NCBI GenBank assembly: GCA_018398765.1
Contig: JAHBMJ010000217.1
Location: 1 to 51,770 of the forward strand
Source: Chromera velia
Lineage: Eukaryota
Direction: 5' to 3'
Length of the DNA: 51,770 bases
Part shown: positions 1-12,600 of the stretch, piece after piece
Numbering within the stretch: the first letter of the stretch is position 1
How the letters are laid out: each line of letters begins with the position of its first letter
Made by a program: the position numbers and the translations under genes
The notes under the pieces: generated by a model
What the model was told of the DNA's origin: nothing
The model's database searches: none
The model's input: only the letters and a program-made list of their open reading frames with translations

Positions 1-131
1 GGGGGGGGGGGGGGCAGCGAGCGAGCGAGGGAGGGAAGGAGAAGAGAGGCGGGGGAGGCACAGGCGACAGGGGGGAGATGCACGGGAGAAGCTTCGTGTG
101 TAGTCTCAATTCTTCTCCTTTCTGAGGTCAC

Positions 132-648
132 TGACAGCTTCCCTGTTGTTCTTCGGTGACAAGAGCAATGCTGGAGTTGTCGTGTTCCATAAGGACTCCG
201 AGGCCGTCTTTCTCCTGCTGCCGCGCGAGGCTGTCGAGAACCTCAGGGGGAATTTCCGACTCTTCGAGGAACTCGCCCGCGTCCTTCTCCGTCTCCTCGT
301 CACTGAAGCCCTCACTGGCTCCTCCTTCCTCCTCAAGCGCCACTTCCCCCTCCCCATTTTTCAGATTGTCGGGCGGTACGTCGCTACCGATCGCTTCAGG
401 GATCTCTGCAACCCACCAGAGCAGAACAGACAAACGAGGCATGGGATGCAACCATTGGATACACTTTTTTTGCAGCAAAGCTCTGCAGGTAGGAGGGGGG
501 CGAGGCACGGACCGAGACTTGTTTCGTTGTCTGGACGCTCGGCATTTGGGAGCATGGCAACGGAGTGGTCCTCTCGTCTCAGAGCAGTGCCCTCCTCTGG
601 GGCTGAACTCAGTGCCCAGAGGAGAAGAAGGGCGAGACGTCGCAACAT
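132..648 (-). CDS. Partial gene (first two exons, runs off the left edge): secreted, acidic hypothetical protein
   Basis: ATG at 648 gives MLRRLALLLLWALSSA, a signal-peptide-like start. Exon 465-648 joins exon 132-405 in phase 1 across a GT..polypyrimidine-TGCAG intron, giving an E/D-rich segment (IPEAIGSD...EEEGGASEGFSDEETEKD). A further GTGA donor follows at 131. Confidence 0.6.
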
Positions 649-1054
649 TTTCAGAGCGACTTCCCGTCTCGCTGGGTTAGTTAATCAGTTAGTAAGTGCA
701 GTGAGTTGGTTAGTTCGTCAGTCAGTTAGTTAGTCAGTAGCTTGGTCTGCCTGTCAGCAACTGCCAGGAAGAGAAAAAAATCAGAGATGTCGCAAGAGGT
801 AACGGTACATACAGGAACGGTCTCTCTCGGCACAGAGAGAAAACAGAGGCAGTTTGACAGCGCAGAGAAGGGAACTCCTGGGCTTTGGGTCAGCTAATCA
901 AGTGATTCAGCTTCTCTCATGCATCGATATTTGTGCGTACGACGTACAATACGTTCCCTTGTCACCCTCTTGTCACCATTTATCACCCGGGCCTCGATTT
1001 CCGATGACACACGCAACATCACGCAACAGCTAGAGCCCATATATGCAATCCCAT

Positions 1055-1467
1055 GGCCCCGGAAAGCGAAGCGGGGGGCATGCACTTACAAAACAGAAAT
1101 GTCTTTCGCCAAAAAAAGGCCCCGGAAAGATCCCGCCCAAATGGTCCAGAAAAGCGTGAACCCGTCGCCATGCATGCGTGAGTCAGATGGGTGGCCCCGG
1201 AACGCGACCCGAAAGGCTGAATTTGCGAAAAGCGTGCGTCAGATGGGTTTTTAATACCCCCGGGCCTTTTTCCCGGGGGAGGGGGGGTTCCACGGCTTTT
1301 CCCGCGGGGGGCCTCTCATTTTTCTTGCTTTCCGGGGCCGTTCGTAAGCTTGCTTGCGTCAGATGCACGCGATGTATGGAGTTTTAGTCAAAAAACGGCC
1401 CCGGAAAGTCTGCATATGTTCTGAATTGGCTTAGAAAAGTGAAAAACCATAAAAAGGTCCCGGAAAG
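1055..1467. repeat. Cluster of GGCCCCGGAAAG motifs (both orientations) with GCGTCAGATG-like repeats
   Basis: Copies at 1055, 1118, 1193 (variant), 1328 (reverse complement), 1397 and 1456 (variant). Confidence 0.7.
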
Positions 1468-2285
1468 CTCCACTCATCAATCGCCCCCGGCGTCTAAATA
1501 TTTTTAAAGGTAAAAAATCTATACAGAAATGTTTTTAAATGTACGAGTCTACAAAAAGTAACGAAAAGCCTGTCTAAGCCTCACTAAAGTTTATACGAAT
1601 AAAAAACAAATTATCAGCAGCTTTTGTCAAGCATCAAGATTAGTCAAGATGTCTAAGCGGCTTCTCTTATTATTCATAATTCGAAGCTGAGTGAATCAAA
1701 ATGTTGAGAGTGTGCCTGAGGTAAAACCCTAGGTAAAACCACCATGACTCCGAAAAGTGAGGCAGAGCCCTAGGGAACACTTACAGACACTTACCAAACA
1801 ACTAGACCAAACAATTTCCACGACTACGAACATACCTTTCCTAACATTTCTGCAGTTTCAACCAGCTATATAAGGTGCATACGAAAAGCGTGCATCAAGT
1901 ATTTACGATTTTTCTTACTTTCCAGATGCTTTCCGGCGCCGTTTGCAAGCTTGCTTCCGGCCGTCACATTAAACATTTTGAGCTATAACTAGGCTTAAAG
2001 ACTAGATCCACCACTTAATAAACAATAACCATGTATGTATGTGCCGCCCGGGAGCTTAGTGCTCCAACTGGGGCTAGGCATCCTCTAACTAACTAACTAA
2101 CTACATGGGGACGCGGCATGTATAACAAAACTTCCAATCATCATATTAATTTGGGGGGGGGGGGGGGAGAATAAATTTTAACATGCATATTAGTCTTTGT
2201 TCAATAAGCTTTTTCTTACATTTTCTTACGTTTTGTTTAATATATAGTACTATTATTGCAACGTGGCCTAATATAGGGTGGTTTA

Positions 2286-3028
2286 GTCAGGTATTGCCAC
2301 CTAGAGTGCGTGAGCACCAATGGTTGTATTATCACCTGGAGCTATATGATTGCCTTGTCTGTGTGTGTCACCGTCGTTACGCCAAATCGATCTACATACA
2401 TACCCGCGTTGCCTGCCGCTCCGCCACACTGCATGCGTACATCATGAAGCGAGAATTGATTTCCGTTATCTCGCGTCGTCAGTTGATCGATTGAAGTGCT
2501 CCAGAGACTGATTTACTGTAGAGGCCTTCCTCTGACAGTTCTTACTCTCTAGTGAAGCTGAACCTAGAGTTGAACGATCACCTATATCGTCTCGGCTAGC
2601 AAGAGTAGGAGCTCTGCCTGCCTTCGGTAAGCAGGTTGTACACTTATAGCCTGTAATCTATTTTAACAGCGTTAAGCGACCACTAGCTATGAAGGTGGGA
2701 TTAAGGAAGAAGAGTTCCTACTTTTGCTAGCCGAGACGATATAGGTGATCGTTCAGTTTCACTAGAGAGTAAGAACTGTCAGAGGAAGGCCTCTGCAGTA
2801 AATCAGTCTCTGGAGCACTTCAATCGATCAACTAATAACGCGAGATAACGGAAATCAATTTTTGCTTTGTGACGTGCGCATGCAGTATGGCGGTGCAGCA
2901 GGCGACGCAGGTATGCATGTAGATCGATTTGGTGCAACGACAGCGGCACACACGGACAAGGCAATTATATAGCTCCATGTGATAATGCAACCATCGGTGC
3001 TCATGCACTCTAAGTGGCAATACCTGAC
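2286..3028. mobile_element. Non-autonomous foldback/MITE-like DNA transposon with ~320-bp terminal inverted repeats
   Basis: 2286-~2612 is the reverse complement of ~2712-3028 (GTCAGGTATTGCCAC...GTGGCAATACCTGAC), with a ~100-bp spacer. Flanked by a 7-bp direct repeat TGGTTTA (2279-2285, 3029-3035). Confidence 0.85.
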
Positions 3029-4769
3029 TGGTTTAGGACCTCAAATTCAGCAGTTTAGTAGGAAAAAAATATATTTGCTTAGAAATGATCAGAAAAGGCT
3101 AAGACAAGCTTAAAAATGCATGTTAAACATGATATGTTTTTTATGTAAAAAAAAATAGTGAAATTCGTATGTGATTTTTGAGATGTGACCGCGGTCATTT
3201 TATGAAAAACATATGTAAACATACCTAAAACAAACATATATGTTCACAATTATTTTTTTAAAGCATTGTTTTGAATTGATTTAGTCTTTAAACATCTTAA
3301 AATATACTTAGGATACCTAGGGTAACCTATATAATTTTTTTCCACTACACCGCCGGATTACTATATAGGTTAGGGTCCTAATCAAGAGGTCAAGAGGCCG
3401 TGATGCGACACTTAGTCACTTAGTGTTGACTCCCAGTCACATTCGGTTCAGTTTAGAGGTTTAGTTTCAAAAGTTAGGCTCTTTGCGGCTCTTTATTTAC
3501 TTGCAGTCGCCGTCAGCCTGAGTGTCCTACAGTGTTCCTTGGTGTCTGCGGTAATACCACCAGCACTAGCAAAAAAACACTGCTCTGACCTGAATACTAG
3601 ATGTGGAAGCCTAGCGCGGAAGCCCATACCAACAAAGAAAGATGTGCTGTGATCTGATTTGGAGTCGCTGGCATATGAGCGGCACAGCAAAAAAAAAATG
3701 CAAAGCGCGCGTACGCATAAATTGCCATGACGCAGTATATGGCAGCTCCTTGCCGGCGGCGTGTATATTAAAAATATTATAGCTTCATGATTCCTATTCC
3801 ACTAAAATTCACTTTGACGCGCGGCAAGCCACGCACAGAAATTAAACTTAGCAGAATGATGTCGAATATGCGGCAGCTCACATGCCGATTTTAACTGCGT
3901 CGAATTTCATAAAAATATACAAAAATAAAAAAGTTAAATTCGGAGACTTGGGTCTTTTAAATAATATTGAGAAAGTTTTTTGATCGTTCAAAAATTGAAA
4001 ATCTCGATCACTCCCAGCCCGCGGTGGGCCGACGCTGGTAACGTTTCGATCATGCATCTAACTCTGATAGACTATATATAGCTGATAGAATTGAACCTTC
4101 AATTTGAATTTAAAACAGTCTGACCTTTATGAACCTCTTGACTATGTACTTAATTCTAAACTTCCACCAGCCTACTTCTCACATACTGCTACGTGCTGCC
4201 ACGTACAGAAAGCATCGATCCGTATAAACTCCTAGCCTTAGCCTGCTCTATGCTGCTAACGCAGACAACTTTCAGGCCAGTGTAAAAACCTAGATCTGTC
4301 ATCCAGCTAGTTGTCACTTAGTCGTCTCTTTTGGAGAATGACCAGCAATAAACATTCTCTCTAGCAGTACTCCCCTCCCAAACATTAGGAAGTTGTAGAA
4401 GCTACTATTTGTGTCCTAACGCCAACCCAGCTAGCCTGTACTTTAAGTTAGTAGTCTACAAGAGTCTTAGGGAAGTTGATCTGGTCCAGGCTAGGGTTCA
4501 GGCCGTTCAGCTAGCTCAAGTTGTATATCACTTTTAATTCTTTTTCTTTCTAAGATTTTGCCTGAATTATCTCGACTTCCATAATCTGATTTTATGTTTT
4601 GTTGTCTTCCAGAAAGTCTTCCAAAAGACTTCCATATCGTGCAATTATTTTATAATTCTTGTGCTAATTAGTTCTTTTGGTGTAGCTTGCTCTAGAGCTT
4701 GCTGCGCTTCTTTGAAAAAACATTGAGGCTCTTAAAACGCGATCGCCGATCGATGCTAGATGCTAGGGG

Positions 4770-4964
4770 TATCACAAAGAAAAAAAAAAGTAAATAACTC
4801 TCTTTATCGGGATTTTTTTTTTCTTTTTTTTGTCTAAAACAACTGTTGTTCAGCTGTTACACGGGTGTTGCACAAGTGTTGCAAGGTATTGTAGACAAAA
4901 AAAAAAAGAAAGAAAAAAAAAGTAGATAACTCGTTTTTCTAGAGACTTTTTTTTTTCTGTGATA
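4770..4964. mobile_element. Small MITE-like element (TATCACA-polyA ... polyT-CTGTGATA), copy 1
   Basis: Inverted ends with TA at both extremes, internal A/T tracts and GTGTTGCA motifs. Related copy at 31565-31782. Confidence 0.55.
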
Positions 4965-5571
4965 TGATGCCTAGGCTGGAGGACTTGAACCGGGGTTATC
5001 TAGTTGATAATCCGTCATGTCAACCTCTGAGCTATAAAGAGCAACCTTCATTTCATTTATACTTTGCTTGAACATATATAAAGTCCATAAAAGAATGATT
5101 TAAACATCTTATTTCTCTTTTTCTTTCTAGTTTTCTTATCAGCAGCCTATAGCATCCGCCCCTTTCTAAGATTGAGATTCCACGCTCGATTAAACCTAGG
5201 ATTAAACTTAATTAAAGCTAAGAATGCGTAGCACTGCAGTATATAGCATTTAAAAGAACGATTTAAAAATTTTATTTCTCTTTTTCTTTTTGGCAGCGTA
5301 TAGCAGTACTATATGTGCTGTCCGGGAGTTGAAAGCTCCACCTAGCTACTAGGGGTCGGAATTATCACTGTACTGCTCTCTGCACTCAGACGTATAGAAA
5401 AGAGAAGAAAAAATAGAGAATTCGCTTGCGCCGTGTACCAACCGCCCCAGTTTACAAAAAGCGTCTCGTTGCTTAAGGCGCCGCTAAAGTTTGTGCTGAT
5501 CGATGCCCAATTTCCCAAAATTAGAAACGTCCTCGCGCCTTTTAGAAAATCCAGAAAGGCACTAATCCATG

Positions 5572-6936
5572 TTAGAGAGCGATGTCAGGCCTGTGAAAAA
5601 TGTTCACAAGGACGCTACAGCTGATGCCAACAAATGCTGCGAGGATCAGGGGACGCACGATGGCATTCACAATAAAGAGACCCAAAGCACTTTGCGCCAT
5701 TCCAATCACGTTTGAGAATCGGATCGGATAAACAAGAACAAAGCAGGCGAAGTAAAAAAAGCAACACAACAACCAAAAGAGACAGAAGACACAGCCGAAG
5801 GTCTCGCGTCTCTTTTGTTTGTGAAGCCAGAAGGCTCTGTAGGTCTCAGGCAGAATCCACTTCTTTGTCGCCCTGAAAATGCTGGCATTACGCTCAGCAG
5901 CAATCGCGCTGGGCTCTTTGTGACTGTTTCTTCTTCCCCTCTCCCGTCTGAAAGTTTCGCCATTGCAGTCCAGTTGGCGATAGATTTCCTGTCGCCTCCA
6001 ACTGACCAATCCTTCCACCCTCTCTCTATGCCTGTAGGACGGAGGGAGTATTGACATCAAAGTTGAAATTAATTGTGTTTGGCCTTCTGTTGTCTCTCTT
6101 CTGCAACACCGCCACTGGCAACACCCTCTTGCTCTTTCGGACACGACAGGAACTCCCAGCGGGGACTCCCACAGGAGGGTGTTGATGTCTTCTACATCTA
6201 TTGTCTCTCCCCGCCGGTGCAGGAGACTCAGGTCTTTCAGAAGCGAGATCTGGGGTGTCTGGGGGTGCAGCAGAACCTGGGTGGTCCAGCGGACGGGCAG
6301 AGAGAACGCGTAGACAAAGACGAGGGCGAGGAGGGCGTTCTCATTGAAAGTTCTGATGGTGGCGACTAGAAACTCGGTGGGGGTCATTTGACTGTCAAAT
6401 ATCGGAACGTCTGTTGTCAGCACACCGAAAAAGAGAAGGATTAAGAACAACCAAGTAACGCTCGAAGTCCACTTTTCCAACACACGAACAGAACGAGAGA
6501 CTCCGGGAGAGCGACGCGAACCGGCTCCAAAGACAAGCGAAAGGAGCGGGAAGAAGAAGAGACGGAAGTGCAGGTACCCGGCGCTCCAACTGAAGAGACG
6601 AAGCCTGCCAGAGAGACGGAAGGAAGGAAGGAAGGAACGAACGAACGAACGAACGAAGAGGGGCAGGAAAAATCAGCAACTGATGAATCAATCAATGTAG
6701 GAAAGAGTGGATGGAGGGAACACGATGAATTGCGTATGTGTTGCATGGGCTTGCGTCAAACTTCGATTCGGGTCTGTGCATGAAACGTCTAGACAAGGTA
6801 GTGTGCAAACATCAAATCTATCGGTCGACAGAGATCTACACGCGTGTCATTGATCGAGAGCATTTGAGGAGGAGAGAAAGAAACCATCGCAGTCATGCCT
6901 GCCGGTCTGCTCGCAACAGCAAGAGAGAGAGATAGA

Positions 6937-6974
<38 letters not shown>

Positions 6975-9510
6975 ACTTTTTTCCGTCACCATCCAGGCAA
7001 CCGACCTCCTCATATCGGCGTTGACTTGTTTTTCCAAGTCTTTCCAAATCGGAAGAGCACGCAAAGCGGAACGCAAACGCTCCTCCCCTTCCAATACGAG
7101 GATCGAGAGTCCGACCAGGTCCTCATCGCTTTTTGTCTTTTCTCCTTTCCCTCCTTCGCCCCCATCCCCCATCTGCCCCTGCCTTCTCCATGCTACCGAG
7201 GCCGCAATCGGATCTTGCATCTTCACTGAGTCCTCTACCTCCTCCCTCCCCCCCCCCTTTCCCCGCGCCCCCACCTCTCCAGGAATGTCCCCGTCGGAGC
7301 GACCGGGGACCTCGTGCTCCTGAACTGTATGCAAGTTGCTGCTGTTACTGACGCTGTTGCTGTTCCCTAAATTGGAGGACCTTCCCATGTGCCCCTCTCC
7401 CTCTCGCCCCCCCCTTGTCATTTCCTGAACAGAGTCTTCCTCGAGCACCTCTTCCATCCCCTGCTGGAGAAGTAGATCAATCCCCTCTTCAAAAAGCGAA
7501 TCACATGATTCTGACCCCCCTGCAGCAGAATTGAAACCTTCAACGTTCGGCCCTTCCCCCGCTACTGTACCTCTGACCTCTCTGACATGGGAAATGTCCA
7601 GACCCACAATACCAGAGGGGCTATTCGGGCAGCGGACAAACAGACGAAGAACAGATACTGCCGGGTCTTCCTCCAACCACGGCAGTCTATCGGAGAGAGG
7701 ACCTGAAAGTTGCGTAGTCAACAAATTCTGCCAACGCAACGATTTTCGTTCTCTTCGAGTCGTTTCTCTTTTCTTCTTACTCTCACCAGCGTCTGTCAGT
7801 CCCTCTTCTCCCTTCCAAAATTCGGTATGAAGAAATTGAGTGGCAACTTCTGCACTCTTATCTTTGATTGTGCCGTCCTTAGGAACCTCCATTCGTCTCC
7901 CGAAAGATGAATATGCACTCGCATGCAAACTCTGCTGCGATGCTGGAGAGGATGGGGAAAGAAGAAGTCGAGTCTTAACAAGGGACGCCGGAGGAATCAC
8001 AACACCTTCACAACGGCCATGGGGCCCGCTGAGGCCGAATCGCTTTAACAGAGGAGGAGGGATGGCACTCGAGAGAGAATCGAGGCTCAAATTACGGCTG
8101 GTTATCTGCAAGCAAAAAAGCAAATGAATGTATCTATCACATCAAGACATACAGGTAGACATCATATCGGGGGGGCGTCATTCTTGTAACACCTATTCAA
8201 ATCTGACACAGGCAGATAAAGGCGCACGGAAAGATGCATCGCGTCTTGAAAGTATGCTTGCATGAAAGCCTCTCTCCAGACGATAAATTGACTGCACGAC
8301 TGACTGACTGACTCACTTTGAGGAAGCCTCGAGGGGACACCTCCATCTGTGCGGAGACGTGCACAGACGTCCACACATCCTCCAGTAAGCATCGGGGGTG
8401 TGCTGAAATGCTGCCTCGTTTCAACAGCTTTCTCCTGCTCTCATCAAAACTCGCCCTATTCCGTCCCCCCCCCCCCGGGTGAGGTGCATCTAGGCCAAAT
8501 TCTTTCAGTTGGACTTTACGGACTGACGAGTCTGTGGGAGGAGGGGAGGACCAGGGCAGAAGAAACCCGCGTAAACTGATCCAAAATAATCTGCTCTTCT
8601 GAATTCCCGCCTGATGGGAGTCTGAGCAGTTTCTTTCTACAGCAGTGCTATCGGCAAGCCTTCTTTCAAAGTTAGAGAAAGTTTCTCTGGAATGATCTTT
8701 CCGACTCCTTTCTGTTCTTCTCCCACCCGCACGGCGCTGTCGAAGCCATCGACGCAGAACGTCGCGTGCGCGCGCCCAACGTAGGGCCTGCTGCCTGGCC
8801 AGCCTGTCCAGCCTCTCTCTGAAAGCCCCTGTTTGAACTAGATAACGCGCGGCTGCAATATGATCCCATCCTTCCTCAACGAGAGGAAACACGTGGAGAT
8901 CGCGACGCCAGCGGGAGAGGAGAGAGAACCTCAGACTGACGGGAAGAGCAGGAGGCACCCGAACATCCCACAGTGGGAAGGTACTTGGCTGCTCGGAGCT
9001 CAGATGTGCGGCTGAAAGATTTCGGTCCTCGATCAGACAGGTCTCTGGCTCTACTACCACCACGCTGGTATCAGGTTCTTTGAAGCTCTTTCTGAGCAGG
9101 GATCGAACTTGAATCTGTTTGCGCACTTTCAGAGCGTCTCGCATGAGAAGCGACACAAGCTCAGTCTGACGGTAGCCGATGTGCCCCCCGACATCTGTCA
9201 AGTCGTCTGACTCTTCCTCTGTCCCTCCTTCCCCCTCTCCCTTGAGCTCCGACTCTGGTGGCTGCTGTGGCTGCGTGAGGGGATATGCGGCCTCAATGGA
9301 AAAGAAGTGCTGGTACTTCCCCTCCGATACTGTGGCGCAGTCTGTTGCCATCTGTTGAAGCCTACGTAAGTAGAACCTGAGAGAACCCCAGCGAGGGACG
9401 AGGGCAGAGTCCCAGGCGGCAGCTAGCACGGGTCTGTTGGAGAGATAGAAAGACTCGAGAAGGGAGAGGGAAGAGGTCGGAGACCGAAAGTCCGCCACAA
9501 CGGGGCTGCA

Positions 9511-9553
<43 letters not shown>

Positions 9554-9619
9554 ACACACATACACATACACATACACATACACGCACACACATAAACACG
9601 CACACACACATACACACAT

Positions 9620-9654
<35 letters not shown>

Positions 9655-12600
9655 CACACACACACATACACACACGCGCACACACACACATCGAGAGAGA
9701 GAGAGAGAGATGTATATATGTATGTATGTGATCATGATGTGTATATGCACATGGGGGTATCATGCAGCAAAGCTGGTGTTTCGTTGAAGGTTGAGGCTGG
9801 CAGAAAATTGCAAAGAAAAAGCACCAAAGCAGAAGGACGCTAGAAGCAACTAAATGCGAACAAGGAGAAGACTGGTTGCACGTCAGCACGCACACGACTG
9901 ACTCACGTGATCAAATGGCAAATGAACCCCAAGAGGAGTAGCAAAAACACCCAGAGCGAGAGGTTGTCGGCAGAAAAGCCCTCAGAGGCGCTCTCGAACC
10001 TCCAGAGAACGGAAAGGTCGGGACTGGCTACCACATCAAGCAGGACCGAGGCGAAGAAGCCATATTCTGTCTGCAGCAAACCAGTACCCTCCCCAGTACA
10101 CCCGCACTCCCCTGCAGCTGCTGATTGGCAAATCGAGGCAGTCCAGCCCTCCGACTCCCAAGAGCCGCAGTCTTCCTCAGCCCTCCCCCCCCGTCTCCCC
10201 AGCCGCCGTCTCCTCCCGCCCCCCGACGATTCGTCGTCCGGGACTTTCATCTCCACAGTGATCGAACTTGACCCAAAAATTTCGGCACTAACGTCCTGCC
10301 CGCAGGACATCAATCTGACGCTTCGAGACCCACCAAATTCCCGAGACCCCCCCCCATAAACCCTTATATCCCCACCCCAGTTGACCGCAATCAGACCCAA
10401 AGCGGGCTGCTGACTGCTTTCACGACAAGTTCCCCCTAATTTCCGAAGGCGCTCAGTGACCTCCAAAGGAAGGGACCGCACCGCGACTGACAGCGACCCG
10501 ACTTGGGCGCTGATTTCTCTGGCGTCTGCAACTGCCGTTGGCGAACCGAGCGCCGTGGCAGCAACGGAGATACCGGTGTCTCCAAGAGAGAGCTCCGAGG
10601 AGCCCGTAGATCCTGCCTGCTGCAGAACCAGGGACCCTGCAGATCGCCGGACGCAGGTACATAGTAACGCGAAAGAATGTACAAAAGTCATCGCAGACAA
10701 AGAAAAAGACATGAAACCCCCAAAACATCAAAAAAGGCCTTGGCATGAACGAAAACTGCACTTTTCTTCGGTTATGATGAAAGAGTCTAAATGAATAAAT
10801 ACGAACGAAGAGCTCTTTCGGCCTGTCATGCATGTGTCGAGCGGCTTGATCGAGAGAGACATGCAACGAATTTGTTTGTAGGATTAATTGACCAGTTCAG
10901 AACGTTAGCCAAAACAGCCACTACCTACCGAATGTCTCTGTAGCTGTAGCGATCACTTCATTCGTTGCTGCGTCCAGCTCCGCTTTCCTTTCCGCCAGGG
11001 CCTCAGCTGACACTGCTGATACTGTCGCTGTCCCCTCCAGGCGTGCCTCCTCAGCGCTCACGTCCACTAGTGCGGCGGAGGCGGTGGTCTTGAGGGAGGC
11101 TGTGAGGGATTTGAGGAGGGGCAGCTGAGTACCGAGAGATCCCATGCCTGCCCGGGAGCGGCTGGGAGTCGTGGACTGAGAGATGCTCGCCTTCCAGGAC
11201 TGAGCCAGCTGCATGCATGCAGTCATAGAGAGAGAAAGAGCGGTAAGAGGAGAAGAGGGCGTAGGTGTCTAGATTTCTTTCGTGAATGACTTTTGGGAAC
11301 CTCCTGTCCTTTTGTCCTGCATGAGGGGCGGGCACACACCCACTAGTCCGTGAGCCCTTCCCCTCCTTTTCTTCTCTTCTGCTTCTCTGCCTCTCTCCTG
11401 CCCATCTGTCTGTGTGAAAGTCTCTCTCTTGCTCTCTCTCTCTTCCCTCTCTCTCTGCGCGCGCGTGTGTGTACACGTACGCAGTCGCGCTCCCACTCGG
11501 TAAGCGGTCGCCCTCCACTCAGTACCCTCTTTTGCCTCTGATGTAGGTTGAACTGAAGCAAGCGCGGGGCAGTCATATCAATGAAGGCAAACTGGTGATG
11601 TCTACCTACCTTCTGCACTGCTTTTGACGCTGTCTTGGTCTGCGCGTTCGTCACTTGCTCCGAGGAGCCGTCGACATTTGTGCTGTCCGCATCCCCCCCT
11701 CCCGACTCCTCAATCACCTGCGAAACGGCCTCCCCAGCAGTCACCAAAACATTGACCACCTCTTCAGTCTCCTCCACCGTGAGCCTGCGCCCCGCTTGTT
11801 CTTGCAACTGCAAGGGTGTTGCTCACTCTCTCTGCGACTGCATCGACGGCATCCAGCTTGGCCTCTGCTCCAGACGACTCGACAGAAAGTTTCGAGGAGA
11901 CGAGGTTTGTCAAGGCCTGCAGGCAGGCGTGAAGTAAGTGCATGGATGGGCCTTGTGTCGCTCTCTCACATGCATGCATACGCTCCTCGAAAAAGTCTTC
12001 TTTTCCTCCCTCCTGCATTGTGCACTTCAATCGACAGAACGACCAATTGACTGATTTACTGACTGCAAATTTCTTTCTCTCAATGGCTGATGGGGGCCTA
12101 ATCGACTTCTTGAGAGCTCGATCGTGCCTGCAGCTAACCTTCATCGTCAGGACATTTGAAGCTGCCCCCTCGTCCGTCGTCACCTCCTCCAACAGTGAGG
12201 TGGTCTCGATTGTCTCCGGAAAGTTGCACAAGAAACCGCCTTGGACGTTCACGCAGGTGCTGATGGAGGGGCAGGTGTGCGTTCCAGATGCGCACTCGTC
12301 TTCCTCTGCGTGCATGTTTGCATGCGGGCAGGGGGGGCTTCGGGTGCATGCATGGACGCGGATCGAGAGGAGAAACGGGAGTGAGCGTGAACCAAACAGA
12401 TGCTAGGAAGCTACGAGAGAATCTGAAGAGAAAGTCAACTCCAAACCGGCTGCACCTGCTGTGTAAATTTAACATGTTTTGAGAAAAACCAGAGCCAAGG
12501 CAATTGACCCAACTCATTTTTGCGCACAGCGGTCGCAGATTTCAAAAGGCACAGTGCCGGCCAGCATTATTCTTTGTTATGACAGCACACGAACAAAGTG

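Noticed and set aside
1..14. Poly-G at the start and poly-C at the end (51753-51770) as terminal inverted repeats
   Set aside because: Simple homopolymers, most likely contig break points. No further inverted similarity.
1721..1740. AAACCCT telomere-like motif
   Set aside because: Only one full copy, not an array.
2183..3020. Similar ORFs 2183-2494 (+) and 2832-3020 (-)
   Set aside because: They are the two arms of the inverted repeat, with no recognisable protein features.
9907..10794. Plus-strand ORFs over the receptor gene (also 6895-8127, 11635-12406)
   Set aside because: Antisense shadows of GC-rich minus-strand exons.
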